From contig JBGQMB010000001.1 of NCBI GenBank assembly GCA_041500405.1, positions 1 to 64,000 on the forward strand: a stretch of DNA of 64,000 nucleotides. The letters run 5' to 3'. Positions 36,861 to 47,324 of this stretch are shown here, one piece after another. The stretch comes from Candidatus Micrarchaeia archaeon. GTDB lineage: Archaea; Micrarchaeota; Micrarchaeia; Anstonellales; J096. The notes beneath the pieces were generated by a model. That model made no database searches. It was not told the DNA's origin and worked only from the letters and a program-made list of their open reading frames with translations. The number at the start of each line of letters is the position of its first letter. Position 1 is the first letter of the stretch. The translations under genes were made by a program, and so were the position numbers.

Positions 36861-37592
36861 ATGATTTACGTTGTTGATATAGACGGGACCATTTTCATAG
36901 AGGGCGTCGGGGCGATTGACGGCGCCGTTGAATTTGTTGAAAAATTAAAGAAAAAGGGCCCGGTCTACATAATGACCAACAACTCCACCCAGTCGTCCAT
37001 CCAAATAGCAGAGAAAGTATATCCGGTCAAGGTTGATGCGGCGCATATACTTTCAACGCTCCCGATGGTGGAATATGTCATAAAAAGGGACAATATCAAA
37101 AGCGCATTCTATATAGGCAACTTCGTGCTTGAGCAGTTCATACTCAACTCGGGGTCAAGGATAAGCGACAAGGAGGCGGATGCGGTCTTTATAGGCTACA
37201 CCAAGAACCCGAAATTCGCGAACATAACAAAGGCGGCAAGGCTTTTGAGAAAAGGCGCGAGGCTCTATGCGCTCGGCATCGACTCTTTTTACCCAATATT
37301 CGGCAGGCCGACGCCTGGCGTGGGCTACCTTGTGGGCTCGTTCGAGTACCTTTCAGGGCAAAAGCCGACGCTGCTCGGAAAGCCGGGCACAACAATGCTG
37401 GACTTCATAGTCCACAAGGAAAAGGCGAAAAAGGAGGACATCATTGTCATTGGCGACAATCCGGAAACTGACATGAGAATGGCAAACGCCTACGGATGCA
37501 GGGGCATATTGGTTGGAAAAAGGGAGGACAAGCGCGCGACCTGGTGCGTAAGGGACCTGAAATCTGCCATGCAGATAATAGAGAAACTATGA
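36861..37592 (+). CDS. HAD-IIA (NagD-like) phosphatase
   Basis: DIDGT, TNNS, GKP, IGDNPETD. Confidence 0.9.
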   Translation: MIYVVDIDGTIFIEGVGAIDGAVEFVEKLKKKGPVYIMTNNSTQSSIQIAEKVYPVKVDAAHILSTLPMVEYVIKRDNIKSAFYIGNFVLEQFILNSGSRISDKEADAVFIGYTKNPKFANITKAARLLRKGARLYALGIDSFYPIFGRPTPGVGYLVGSFEYLSGQKPTLLGKPGTTMLDFIVHKEKAKKEDIIVIGDNPETDMRMANAYGCRGILVGKREDKRATWCVRDLKSAMQIIEKL

Positions 37593-38669
37593 CTTGTCGA
37601 ACGCTTCCATTATCTTTTCCGCGCTTCCTTTGTATTTTATCCCGCGCCTGTCAAAATGGGCCTTTGTCGCGCTTCCGCCCATCTTTTTGAAGCTGTTTAT
37701 GACATCTTCTGTCTTCGGCGGGCTCATTTTCCTGTATTTTGACGCGTCTGAAAGCGAAAGGAAGAATGGCGGATAGCCCAGTTCGCCCTTTATCAATTCC
37801 AGCATGCGCTTTGCCTCCCCGTCCGCGTTCTTCAGCGCTTTTTTGGCTATGTTCCTGTCCGCAAGGTCTCCCGTCCACAGCGGGCCGGCATAATCGTAAT
37901 ATTTTTTTTCGATTATCGGCTTTTTTGACGTTTTCACAAAAACGGAATCCTTGTCAAGCGCAAAAACATACCCGAGATTTTCCAGGTTCGCGTCGCAATG
38001 CTCCGCCCCGCGCCTCAATCTCAGGATTATCTTCATCTGGTGCCTGTAATAGAAGCACAGCAGCGGCTCTATCCCGAAATTAAACTCATGCGCGCTTTCC
38101 ATAACCCTTTTGACCAATATCCTCAACCCTGTTTCGTGGCAGAACTCGTTGAGCATGGGCTTTGAATGGTAATTTTTTATGCACGGTTTTGGGTGAGTCC
38201 CGCAGAGCACCGCGGTGTCGGTCGCGGTTGCGGAAATGTACGCAACCTTTTCCCTGCGCATCGCCCTTATTGCGGAATGCAGTGACGGAACCGGGCTTCC
38301 GAATGGGTCAAGGTCTATGAAATTGTATTTTCCGTATCCGTCATTCAGCATGTATCTTATCGCATCAGACTTAATCACGTTTCCATTTATTTTGTGCTTC
38401 TTCAGGTTTTTCTTCAACGATTTCACCGCGTTTGGCTCGGCGTCAACAAAGTCAACGCTTTCAACGTTTTTGCATTCAAGCGCATAGCGCATGCCCCTTA
38501 TGCCTGATGCGGCGAACGCGTCAAGCACCCTGAGCTTGTCATCTATCTCATTGATTGCAAGCGAGGAAAGGGTCCTGCTGAGCTCCATGAAGGGGTTGTA
38601 GAACACGTTTTTTCCAATATGGAAAATAAGCCCGTTTTCTGTTATTGCCTTTGCGCCCTGGGATGCCAC
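37587..38669 (-). CDS. trm1: tRNA (guanine26-N2)-dimethyltransferase
   Basis: VFYNP, LDAFAASGIRGMRY, DLDPFGSP, TATD, GPLWTG. Confidence 0.92.
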   Translation of the reverse strand: MASQGAKAITENGLIFHIGKNVFYNPFMELSRTLSSLAINEIDDKLRVLDAFAASGIRGMRYALECKNVESVDFVDAEPNAVKSLKKNLKKHKINGNVIKSDAIRYMLNDGYGKYNFIDLDPFGSPVPSLHSAIRAMRREKVAYISATATDTAVLCGTHPKPCIKNYHSKPMLNEFCHETGLRILVKRVMESAHEFNFGIEPLLCFYYRHQMKIILRLRRGAEHCDANLENLGYVFALDKDSVFVKTSKKPIIEKKYYDYAGPLWTGDLADRNIAKKALKNADGEAKRMLELIKGELGYPPFFLSLSDASKYRKMSPPKTEDVINSFKKMGGSATKAHFDRRGIKYKGSAEKIMEAFDKS

Positions 38670-39322
38670 TATTCAAGCGCCCCAAGAATCCTTGTGAGCA
38701 GCATGTCTGGCGCAAGCGTCCCATCAAAGCCGTCAACAGGCTTTCCGTTCGCAATGACAACAGTCCTCGGGACGTGCCTTACGCCGTTCTTGTCCGCCCA
38801 TTCGCTGAACTCCACGGCCTCAACTCCGCATCCCATGACGTTCTTGTTCAGTATCGCCATGGCGTGCGCGAGCCTCACAGCTCCGGGGCAATACGGGCAC
38901 TGCGGGGTCACGAAAACATCCAGCCTAAGCGGAACATTTATGGACGCAATCTTCTTTTTCAGGTCTTCCGGGAATTCTACGGTTTCCCCTTTCGAGACTT
39001 CCACTATGGTTGCAAGGAAACCGCCGAATTCATGGCCGGACGGTATGCCGTAAAACCTGACCTTTCCCTTGTTCTTGCCATCAAAAATTACCAGCGGCGC
39101 GCGGTCTGCGCCGTATTTTTCCGCGGCGGCCTTGTCGCTTATCAGGTGCTTTTCAACCTCTATCTTGTCGCCAGCGCCCTTTATCTCGTCAAGCAGCATG
39201 GCTATGTCATTGCAGTATGTGCAGTTGTCCCCGCTGTCAAAATAGACAAGCTTTATCCTGTTTTCCATCCCCCTGAGGAAGTTCTTTACCTCGTTCTTCG
39301 TGTTTTCGTCAAGCAGCGGCAT
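38669..39322 (-). CDS. Protein disulfide oxidoreductase (two thioredoxin folds)
   Basis: CTYC and CPYC motifs, YGIPSGHEF. Confidence 0.9.
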   Translation of the reverse strand: MPLLDENTKNEVKNFLRGMENRIKLVYFDSGDNCTYCNDIAMLLDEIKGAGDKIEVEKHLISDKAAAEKYGADRAPLVIFDGKNKGKVRFYGIPSGHEFGGFLATIVEVSKGETVEFPEDLKKKIASINVPLRLDVFVTPQCPYCPGAVRLAHAMAILNKNVMGCGVEAVEFSEWADKNGVRHVPRTVVIANGKPVDGFDGTLAPDMLLTRILGALE

Positions 39323-39460
39323 AGCGGCACCCATTTCCAAAATATAAAGAACTCTTGCGAACAGAGTGTTTAAATAATTTCCGAACGCCCGCGCCGCGTC
39401 CCGGAATGTTTGCGCACCCTTTAAAATCTTAACGCTGCTTATTCCACCTGCTAAGGTGCA

Positions 39461-39871
39461 TTGATGGAAAATTACGAGAAGCTTCTTGACAACGTCTATG
39501 GAAAGCTCAACTCCGAAAAGGCAAAACCCGGGGAAAGGTTCGAGATGCCGCCCCTTGACGTTCTCAATGAGGGAAAGAACAAGACTATCGTTAAAAACTT
39601 CAAAAGGATATGCGACGCCGTAAGGAGGGACCCGGCGATGCTGTCCAGGTACATTTCAAGGGAGGTCGGCGCGCCCGTCGATTTGGACGGCGAACGGCTC
39701 ATCATACACAGGAGGGTGATGGGCATGGTCCTGCAGAAGAGGCTTGACTTCTTCGTTAAGGAATACGTGATATGCCAGCAGTGCGGAAAGCCCGACACCA
39801 ACCTCGCGACAATAGAAAGGACAAAGATGCTCGTTTGCGAAAGCTGCGGGGCAAGAAGGCCGGTGAAATAA
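39461..39871 (+). CDS. eif2b: Translation initiation factor 2 beta
   Basis: YEKLLD, RFEMP, YVICQQCGKPDT, CESCGA. Confidence 0.93.
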   Translation: MMENYEKLLDNVYGKLNSEKAKPGERFEMPPLDVLNEGKNKTIVKNFKRICDAVRRDPAMLSRYISREVGAPVDLDGERLIIHRRVMGMVLQKRLDFFVKEYVICQQCGKPDTNLATIERTKMLVCESCGARRPVK

Positions 39872-40212
39872 TGGGAAGGAAAGAAAGGGAAAAGCAAGCG
39901 GCGGCAATGAAGAACACTGTCTTCAGGGTAAGGATGCCAAGGAAAGAGGACGAGGAGATGTTCGGCATTGTCGTTTCAACGCTCGGCGGGGCAAGGATGC
40001 TCGTTGTCTGCGAGGACGGCAAGGAAAGGATTTGCAGGATACCCGGCAAGATAAAGAACAGGGTCTGGGTCAAGGAAGGGGACTATGTCGTGATCCAGCT
40101 TTGGGACGCGGAGAAGGACAGGAAAGCGGACATTGTCTGGAGATACAGGGACAACGAGTCCAAGTTCCTGAAGTCAAGGGGATTCCTGGACTTCCTCGGA
40201 GCCTCCCAGTAG
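39871..40212 (+). CDS. eif1a: Translation initiation factor 1A
   Basis: LGG.RMLVVCEDG..R.CRIPGK, WVKEGD, KADIVWRY. Confidence 0.93.
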   Translation: MGRKEREKQAAAMKNTVFRVRMPRKEDEEMFGIVVSTLGGARMLVVCEDGKERICRIPGKIKNRVWVKEGDYVVIQLWDAEKDRKADIVWRYRDNESKFLKSRGFLDFLGASQ

Positions 40213-40257
40213 GGCCTTTCCAAAATTCTTATAAACAGTTGGGATGCATATCAGCGC

Positions 40258-40758
40258 ATGCAAAGCTTTGACATAATTGCGCTTTTCCTGCTGCTGGTGC
40301 TGCCGGCATACATAGCAAATGCCATTCCCGTCGTTCTTGGGGGCGGAAAGTCCTTTGACGAGCTGCTGAAAGCCAGGCTATTTGGCAAGAACAAGACCAT
40401 CAGGGGATTTGTTTCAGGCCTTGTTTTCGGGACATTGGCGGCATTCGCGGTTGCGATGGCGCTTCCGGCCTCCATGGTGGCGCCGTACATCGCATTTGGT
40501 TTTCTTTCCTCGCTTGGAACAATGGCAGGGGACCTGCTTGGCAGCTTCATAAAAAGGAAATCCAAAATCGAGGAGGGCAAGCCGTTCTTCCTTGACCAGG
40601 TGCTTTTCATAATACTGGCCATGGCCTTTGGCTATCCGGTGCTGGGAAGCTATTACACGATTGAGCTGATGGCCGCAATCCTCATCCTGACATATGTTTT
40701 CCATGTGCTTTTCAACATAATAGCCAACAGGCTCGGAATCAAGAAAGTTCCTTGGTAG
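40258..40758 (+). CDS. carS: CDP-archaeol synthase
   Basis: PAYIAN, FGKNKT.RG, GDLLGSFIKR, LDQ, KKVPW. Confidence 0.93.
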   Translation: MQSFDIIALFLLLVLPAYIANAIPVVLGGGKSFDELLKARLFGKNKTIRGFVSGLVFGTLAAFAVAMALPASMVAPYIAFGFLSSLGTMAGDLLGSFIKRKSKIEEGKPFFLDQVLFIILAMAFGYPVLGSYYTIELMAAILILTYVFHVLFNIIANRLGIKKVPW

Positions 40759-40759
40759 T

Positions 40760-41965
40760 TCAGCGCATTGCATCTATCGCGTTTATGGACGCGGCGCTCC
40801 TTGCAGGGAGTATTCCGGCAACAACGCCGACAAGCACGCCCATGGCAATAGCTATTATGACGACAAAAGAATCGACCTCAAAAGGGATGCCATAGACTGC
40901 CTTCACAGTATATCCAACGGCCGTTCCGAATAGTGCGCCAAGCGCGGCGCCGGTCATGGACAGCGTGACAGATTCCAGCAGGAATATGCCGATGATGTCC
41001 TTCCTTTTTGCGCCAAGCGCCTTCATTATGCCTATCTCCTTTCTTCTCCTGAAAACGGACGTGAACATGGTGTTGCCTATTCCGACTGCGCTTACAAGGC
41101 TGGCTATGAGGCCGACTGCGGTAGCCCCGATGTACAGTATATTGAGCGACTGGTTGGCCATGTCTATTATGAACTTGGTCGTTATCACGCTGAAGCCGGC
41201 GTTGTCCAGGCTCACGCCCATCCTCCTTGCCAGCAGAGTCTCTATCTGGCTTTTCGTGTCGTCAATGTTGCATCCCTCGCCCACCTTAAGGATGGCCGCG
41301 TCCCTCTTGCCCTGCTTGTCGAACAGCGTTTCTGCCTCGCGTACCGGTATGTATATCTGTTCGTCGTCCGTCTGGCTGTAGGATGTCCCGACCTTGGTGA
41401 GCGTTCCGACCACCCTGAACGTCCTGTTGCCTATCATTATCGACTTGCCGGGCAGGATTTCCTCGCTGAAAATGGTGTTTGCGACCGCATATGCCAGGAC
41501 CGCGGACGTGGTTTCCGTGTCCTTGAACACCCTTCCCTTTGCGACCTGCTGGTAATCGGGGTACATCGTGAAATAATTGTCAGAAAGCCCCATCACCAGT
41601 ATGCTGGCCTCCTCGTCCCCGTAATAGATGTTCTGCTTTTTGTATACCATCTCGCATACGCTCTCCACGCAAGTTAGCCCCTTTATTGCGGTTATGTCAG
41701 CGTTGCTGAATTCCGTTATGGCGCTGAATGCCCCCCCAACGCCGCTGCCCACCATCTTGTTCATGTTGAACGGCATCACTATTATCTGGTCGGTGCCGAT
41801 TTGCATTATCAGGGACTGGACATCCATTATTATCCCCCTGCCGACCCCGAGGATTATGACAGCGGTGAAAAGGCCCAAGAATATGCCTATCAGCGTGAGC
41901 ATGCTCCTGAGGCTGTCTCTTCTGAGCGCATCCACCACAAAGCCCAGCATATGGCCCAATCTCAT
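40760..41965 (-). CDS. MacB/FtsX-like ABC permease
   Basis: RSMLTLIGI, NTMFTSV.RR.KEIGIMKALGA. Confidence 0.9.
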   Translation of the reverse strand: MRLGHMLGFVVDALRRDSLRSMLTLIGIFLGLFTAVIILGVGRGIIMDVQSLIMQIGTDQIIVMPFNMNKMVGSGVGGAFSAITEFSNADITAIKGLTCVESVCEMVYKKQNIYYGDEEASILVMGLSDNYFTMYPDYQQVAKGRVFKDTETTSAVLAYAVANTIFSEEILPGKSIMIGNRTFRVVGTLTKVGTSYSQTDDEQIYIPVREAETLFDKQGKRDAAILKVGEGCNIDDTKSQIETLLARRMGVSLDNAGFSVITTKFIIDMANQSLNILYIGATAVGLIASLVSAVGIGNTMFTSVFRRRKEIGIMKALGAKRKDIIGIFLLESVTLSMTGAALGALFGTAVGYTVKAVYGIPFEVDSFVVIIAIAMGVLVGVVAGILPARSAASINAIDAMR

Positions 41966-41966
41966 G

Positions 41967-43172
41967 CTACTCGTACCTCAGGGCCTCTGCGGCGTTTATG
42001 CCTGACGCTATCTTCGCGGGAACGTATGACGCAACGCCTGAGCCGATTGTTATGAACACGATTGCCAGCCCCGTCTGCAAATATTCTATTGAAAATGGCA
42101 CCCAGGGGGCTATCAGGGTTCCCAACCCAATCCCCACAGCCGCGCCAACCACAGACCCGATGAAGCCAAGGCCCGCGCCCTCAAGAAGGTATATCGCCAG
42201 TATCTCTGACCTTTTTGCGCCTATGGACTTCATTATGGCTATCTCCTTTGTCCTGTCGATGACGTTCATGTACATCGTGTTTCCAACGCCGACAAGGCCG
42301 ATTATCACGGATATTGAGGCGACCGCAATGAAGAATAGGTTAAGGGTTCCCAGTATCTTGTCCATCTGGCTGTTTATGAACGCCGGGGTTATCACAGTGA
42401 ACCATTTGTCGTCCTCGCTGGTTATTTTTTTGTAGAACATCAGCGTTCTCTCTATCTCTGCTCCAACGGAGTTGGAGTCGTATCCGGGGCTTGTCTTCAC
42501 CACAATGGCGCCTATCTGGTCGCTTCCGTACGTGCTGTTGTAGAACTCCCTGCCCGTTTCGTACGGTATGTAAACAAGGTTGTCCAGGTTTGCGGCCGGA
42601 TTGCCGGTCTCGTTGAGTATCCCGACCAGCGTGAACGTCCTGTTGTTGAGCACGATTTTCTTTCCGATGTTTATTTTCCCGCCAAGGTTTTCGTTGACGT
42701 TGCTCCCAAAGACCATCTCAAACCTGCCCGTGCTGAGCCACCTGCCCTCATTCACTATTATTCCAGTTAAAATTTCATCGGCATCCTCCGAAATCGCATA
42801 AACAGAGACCTCGAATTCCTTGTCTTTGTATTCCATCTTTGAGGTCCCGCTCAGCACCGGGATGGCCTTCTTCACGCCCTCCACCATCAGGATTTTCTTT
42901 ATGTCGCTTTCCGTGAACCTGTCGGTCTGCACGCTGAACTGCGTCGCTGAAATAGACGCTATGCTCTGGGTGCTGATTGGTATTATAGTAATGACGTCTG
43001 TTCCAATGAACTTCAGCTTTGACATGACGCTCTCCTCTGTTCCCTTGGAGATGCCTGTCAGAAGCGCCACGCTGAACACGCCTATCACTATCGCCGTAAG
43101 CGTGAGCAGCGTCCTTATGTTGGAGTAGCCCATCGACTTCAGGGCGAACTTCCCTATTGACTCGCGCTTCAT
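41967..43172 (-). CDS. MacB/FtsX-like ABC permease
   Basis: RTLLTLTAI, NTMYMNVIDRTKEIAIMKSIGA. Confidence 0.9.
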   Translation of the reverse strand: MKRESIGKFALKSMGYSNIRTLLTLTAIVIGVFSVALLTGISKGTEESVMSKLKFIGTDVITIIPISTQSIASISATQFSVQTDRFTESDIKKILMVEGVKKAIPVLSGTSKMEYKDKEFEVSVYAISEDADEILTGIIVNEGRWLSTGRFEMVFGSNVNENLGGKINIGKKIVLNNRTFTLVGILNETGNPAANLDNLVYIPYETGREFYNSTYGSDQIGAIVVKTSPGYDSNSVGAEIERTLMFYKKITSEDDKWFTVITPAFINSQMDKILGTLNLFFIAVASISVIIGLVGVGNTMYMNVIDRTKEIAIMKSIGAKRSEILAIYLLEGAGLGFIGSVVGAAVGIGLGTLIAPWVPFSIEYLQTGLAIVFITIGSGVASYVPAKIASGINAAEALRYE

Positions 43173-44626
43173 TTCTTCGCTTCCTTCCTTTTCCTGAACA
43201 GCAGGTATGCGGCAACCGCAACAACGGCTATGCCGATTATCATCAGCATGCCGCCGTCGCCCGATCTCTCCGCCGCCTTTATGTTTATTGGCACTTCTGT
43301 TGTCTTCACATGCTCAACGCCGGACGGGTCCTTGAAGCTGACCGTTATTTCCACGGAGCTGTTTGCCGGCGGGCTGCCCGCTACCCTTATCTTGAATTGC
43401 TGGCTGCTGAAGTCGTCGTTGTTTATTGAGCCTATGAATTTTCTCTTCTCAACGTCCAGGACGTCGAAGCTGTTGGAGTCTATGCTGACCGAGACGCCGT
43501 CCATCTCATAGCTGGCCTTGTTTGCCACAACCACGGAAAGCGTATGCTCGCCCCCCGCGGTAAGCGGGCTTGGGTTCGCCTCCATGTAAATTTCTATGGG
43601 GTCGTCAGACCCGACGGATATCGGCACCCCGATGGTGTCGCTCTTTTCCTGGCCGTTTTCCTTCCAGCGCACGGTGAAGTTGACAACGTTCACTCCGGGA
43701 TCAAGCGAGGTGTATGTCATTTCCGAGAATGATTCCTTCTGCCCGCTTGCCATGTCCCCGGCCTCTATCTCGCTGCTCTTCGTCAGGGTTATGCTGGAGC
43801 CTGGCGTTATCCTGATGTCCTGCGCCGCTTCTCCCTTGTTCTCGACAGTGAATGCCAGGGCGCCGCTCTTCCTGTTTGTTATTGTTCCTGTCTGGCTTAT
43901 GACGAACCTGCCAGCCTCCTTGGAGATGCTCATCGGTATATAGACGGTTTCGGAATATCTACCGCCAAGCGTGTCCGAATAGCTGAGGTTGAACGCTATG
44001 TTGCCGGTCCCCTCATTCAGGCCGGATGAATCGTATTCCGCATTCACTGTTGTGCAGTTGCTCACGCTGCTGATGTATATCCTTCCGCCGTTAAGGTAAA
44101 GCTGCGACGAAATTTCAATGTTCTTCGGGCTTCCCTTCTTGGCGCAGACCGTCAATCCGATCGTGCCGCTCTTGCCTATGCTTTTCGGGCTCGCCTCAAG
44201 CGTAATTACCGGCTTCGAGACGACCTTGACTATAACGGCCGCGACCCCGCTGTCAATCTTGTCGCTCTTTGTCCCGCTCTCGTCGATCTTGGCAACGCCG
44301 GACACCGTTGCCGGCACAGTGTAAATGCCCTCCTGCGTGTTCGCCCCTATCGTAATGGGCACGGTCAGTATGGTGCTTCCGCCGCTTATGGTGCCAAGGT
44401 TCTGGTAATAGTCCGTGAAAGACGAATACGACGTTATAGTGACAGCGCTGAACCCTGAAAGCGTCTCGCCGGACGCTAGGTTCGTCGTCATCGCAACGTT
44501 CAATGTCGCATATCCAGAGTCCCCGGGCTCATAGCTGGCCTTGTCAGTAGACCAGGACGTTATCGTTATCCCAAACGACGCCACCATGAGCGCCGCCAAC
44601 ACAAACAACATGCAAAGTTTTTTCAT
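43169..44626 (-). CDS. Exported Ig/CARDB-like (COG1361-type) protein of the ABC operon
   Basis: Signal peptide, repeated beta-sandwich segments (V.N.G..A), C-terminal TM and basic tail. Confidence 0.7.
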   Translation of the reverse strand: MKKLCMLFVLAALMVASFGITITSWSTDKASYEPGDSGYATLNVAMTTNLASGETLSGFSAVTITSYSSFTDYYQNLGTISGGSTILTVPITIGANTQEGIYTVPATVSGVAKIDESGTKSDKIDSGVAAVIVKVVSKPVITLEASPKSIGKSGTIGLTVCAKKGSPKNIEISSQLYLNGGRIYISSVSNCTTVNAEYDSSGLNEGTGNIAFNLSYSDTLGGRYSETVYIPMSISKEAGRFVISQTGTITNRKSGALAFTVENKGEAAQDIRITPGSSITLTKSSEIEAGDMASGQKESFSEMTYTSLDPGVNVVNFTVRWKENGQEKSDTIGVPISVGSDDPIEIYMEANPSPLTAGGEHTLSVVVANKASYEMDGVSVSIDSNSFDVLDVEKRKFIGSINNDDFSSQQFKIRVAGSPPANSSVEITVSFKDPSGVEHVKTTEVPINIKAAERSGDGGMLMIIGIAVVAVAAYLLFRKRKEAKK

Positions 44627-45312
44627 TTCTTTTCAACCTCTTTTTCTATTTTTCCATCCCTTAGGAATATAATCCTGTCGGCATGCGCCGTAAGGTCCGA
44701 GTCATGCGTGACTATCACGATTGTCTTTCCCTCGTCGTTGAGCTCCTGGAACAGCTCTATCACGTCCTCCCCGCTTTTGGAGTCCAGGTTTCCCGTAGGC
44801 TCGTCCGCAAGCAGGAAGGACGGCCTCATGCTAAGCGCCCTTGCTATCGCGACGCGCTGCTGCTGGCCCCCGCTGAGCTGGTTGGGCCTGTTCTGCAGCC
44901 TGTCGCCCATGCCGAGCCTTTTTAGCGTCTCTTCCGCAGTTTCCCTTGCCTCTTCGTCGTCAAAATCATAAATCTGCATCGGCAGCATGACGTTCTCAAC
45001 CGCGGTAAGCGACGGTATGAGGTTGAACGCCTGGAAAATGAACCCTATGTCCTTGCCCCTTTCCGCCGCGGCCTCGTCCTCAGTGAGCTTTGAGACATCC
45101 TTGTCGTTAAGGAACACCTTTCCCGTTGTCGGCGTGTCCAGCAGCCCCATCATGTGGAGCAAGGTTGACTTTCCGCTTCCGCTGGGCCCAAGTATTGTCA
45201 GCAATTCGCCTGGGTGCACCTCGAGGTCAATGTCCTTCAGCACGTGCGCCTTTATCACCGTGCTGTTGTATATCTTGTTGACATTCTCCAGCTTCATCGT
45301 GTGCTTGTGCAT
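44623..45312 (-). CDS. ABC ATP-binding protein (LolD/MacB type)
   Basis: GPSGSGKST, LSGGQQQR, LADEPTGNLD, VTHD. Confidence 0.95.
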   Translation of the reverse strand: MHKHTMKLENVNKIYNSTVIKAHVLKDIDLEVHPGELLTILGPSGSGKSTLLHMMGLLDTPTTGKVFLNDKDVSKLTEDEAAAERGKDIGFIFQAFNLIPSLTAVENVMLPMQIYDFDDEEARETAEETLKRLGMGDRLQNRPNQLSGGQQQRVAIARALSMRPSFLLADEPTGNLDSKSGEDVIELFQELNDEGKTIVIVTHDSDLTAHADRIIFLRDGKIEKEVEKK

Positions 45313-45653
45313 CCTGCCATCTCCCTCATGAACTGCCCCCTCATCCCGTGGCTCACGAATCCCTTAGCCGCGGACAGGCATTTTGCGCCCTTTGACGTTA
45401 TTGTGTAGCAGACCTTCCTGCCTTTTTTGCCCCTTGATATGAGCCCCTCCTTTGACATTGAAGACAGGAGCGGATATATCCTTGACGCCTTTATGTATCC
45501 CATGCCCATCGCATTCAGGTCCTTCATTATTGCGTAGCCGTGGGCGGAGCCCCTGCCCATTATCCAGAGCACGACAATGGTGTGCTTCATGCGCATGACT
45601 TTCCGCACGAAGCCTATGCCGAGCTTCCCGCCTTTGGGCATGCGTATATCCAT
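45294..45653 (-). CDS. PadR-family transcriptional regulator
   Basis: HGYAIM, IYPLL..M.KEGLI, Y.IT.KG. Confidence 0.8.
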   Translation of the reverse strand: MDIRMPKGGKLGIGFVRKVMRMKHTIVVLWIMGRGSAHGYAIMKDLNAMGMGYIKASRIYPLLSSMSKEGLISRGKKGRKVCYTITSKGAKCLSAAKGFVSHGMRGQFMREMAGCTSTR

Positions 45654-45680
45654 AATTGGATATATCTTGGATTTGATATA
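45645..45680. promoter_or_regulatory. Two overlapping TATATC-N8-GATATA inverted repeats, candidate PadR operator
   Basis: 45645-45664 and 45661-45680, covering the PadR start codon and the region just upstream. Confidence 0.55.
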
Positions 45681-45746
45681 TAAACCTTTGCCTTTTTTTG
45701 CGTCGATAGCTTAAGGGTTATAAATCTATGATAGGATATCATTCCG

Positions 45747-46442
45747 ATGCCAATGGCGGAATCAAGGCCGTATGTGATAAGGTCCATAGACAGGATAGGG
45801 GACATAAAGGTGTTCCGGCTTTTCCCTGAAGACGGAAAGCCGGTTGCGTTCCTGCCTGGCCAATTCGTTAGCCTCTTTAAGCTGGACGAAAGGACATTGA
45901 CGCGCGCATATTCTGTCGCCTCTTCTCCAGACTCGCCCCTGATGGAGCTGGCAATCCAGATAATCGGCGGGAAGTTCACGTCATATCTTGACACCCTTAA
46001 GGCCAATGACAGAATAGGGCTGATGGGGCCTTTTGGCGCCAACGGCTATTCCGGGGAAACAAAGGCGGTCATGATAGCGGCGGGGGTCGGCATAACGCCC
46101 ATGGCGTCCATATGCAGGCACATCGCCTCAAAAAAGATAAAGGGCGATTTCAGGCTTTACTATTTCTGCGGGAAGAGGGAGAACGCGGCGTTCCTTCCAG
46201 AGCTTATGTCATATTCCAAGTCCGGCATCATAAAGGGCGATTTCAGGTTCACCAAGGAACCGGTTCCGGGATTCAGCCAGGAAAGGGTTAATATCAACAA
46301 GGTAATCGAGAGCCTGGGTCCCTCGTTTGCGGAATACTCGTATTACCTCTGCGGGCCTGTTGCAATGGTTAAGTCGTTCAGCGACGCAATCATCGCAAAG
46401 GGCGTTGACAGGAAAAAGATAAAGTCCGACGCGTTCGGCTAG
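45747..46442 (+). CDS. FNR-family FAD/NAD(P) oxidoreductase
   Basis: PGQFV, RAYSVAS, GPFG, GVGITP, YLCGP. Confidence 0.9.
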   Translation: MPMAESRPYVIRSIDRIGDIKVFRLFPEDGKPVAFLPGQFVSLFKLDERTLTRAYSVASSPDSPLMELAIQIIGGKFTSYLDTLKANDRIGLMGPFGANGYSGETKAVMIAAGVGITPMASICRHIASKKIKGDFRLYYFCGKRENAAFLPELMSYSKSGIIKGDFRFTKEPVPGFSQERVNINKVIESLGPSFAEYSYYLCGPVAMVKSFSDAIIAKGVDRKKIKSDAFG

Positions 46443-46527
46443 AGCGAGAAAATAAAGTAGGAAATATTGGCCCTGGGCTGCGATGGATTTTAAAACTGTT
46501 ATAATACCACTTAATATGTGGTTTATA

Positions 46528-47316
46528 ATGGCACTCAGAACCAAAGAATCGGCAACAGGACCATGCACGGCGCCCTCGGGCATTTGCAAATTCAAGAACG
46601 CAACTGAAATCGGAAAAAATGCATCCGCAACCAAGAGCATGCTTCATACAAAATTCGGCCTGGCAATATGGAGAAGGAATCTGGATTCTGCAACCAGGTG
46701 CATTGCGGACGGGGCCGACCCCAATGCGATGTTTGATGGCATTCCGGACGCAATCAACCAGGGCCTATGGACGATGTTCTCCTATGCATGCCATCATGCG
46801 TTGTCTGAAAATGACGCCCATATAGTGAGGGCGATGCTTGAAAGGTGCAGGGGCGTGGGCATCAACGCAATCGACATCGAAGGCAAAACCCCGTTGATGC
46901 TGGCATTGGAAAATTCCAACAAGGAGGTTGCCGGGCTGATACTGAAATACGATGTGGACGTCAGAATAAAGGACAATGAAGGCAAGACTGCCCTGGTTCA
47001 CGCAATCAAGAACTGCAACGGCATTGGTATCATTGCCATGATTCTTGAAAAAGGCGCGGATGCCAATGCAACCGACAACTGCGGCAGGACGCCGATGATG
47101 TGGGCTTCTGATTCGGAGTGCGCCGCGGCGCTTATTGCCAGCAGAGCAGAAATGAATGCAAGGGACGCCAACGGCAGGTCCGTGCTTGGCCATGCTATCG
47201 GAAGCCTCGAGTTCTGCAAGGCATGCCTCCATTCCGAACTTGAATATTACATCGAAATGGTGGAGAGTTATGGCAAACTGGTTGATTTCCTAAAAGGCGC
47301 AGGCGCAAGGGAATAA
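46528..47316 (+). CDS. Ankyrin-repeat protein
   Basis: GKTPLMLA, GKTALVHA, GRTPMMWA, GADAN repeats; start chosen at ATG 46528. Confidence 0.88.
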   Translation: MALRTKESATGPCTAPSGICKFKNATEIGKNASATKSMLHTKFGLAIWRRNLDSATRCIADGADPNAMFDGIPDAINQGLWTMFSYACHHALSENDAHIVRAMLERCRGVGINAIDIEGKTPLMLALENSNKEVAGLILKYDVDVRIKDNEGKTALVHAIKNCNGIGIIAMILEKGADANATDNCGRTPMMWASDSECAAALIASRAEMNARDANGRSVLGHAIGSLEFCKACLHSELEYYIEMVESYGKLVDFLKGAGARE

Positions 47317-47324
47317 TAGCGGCA

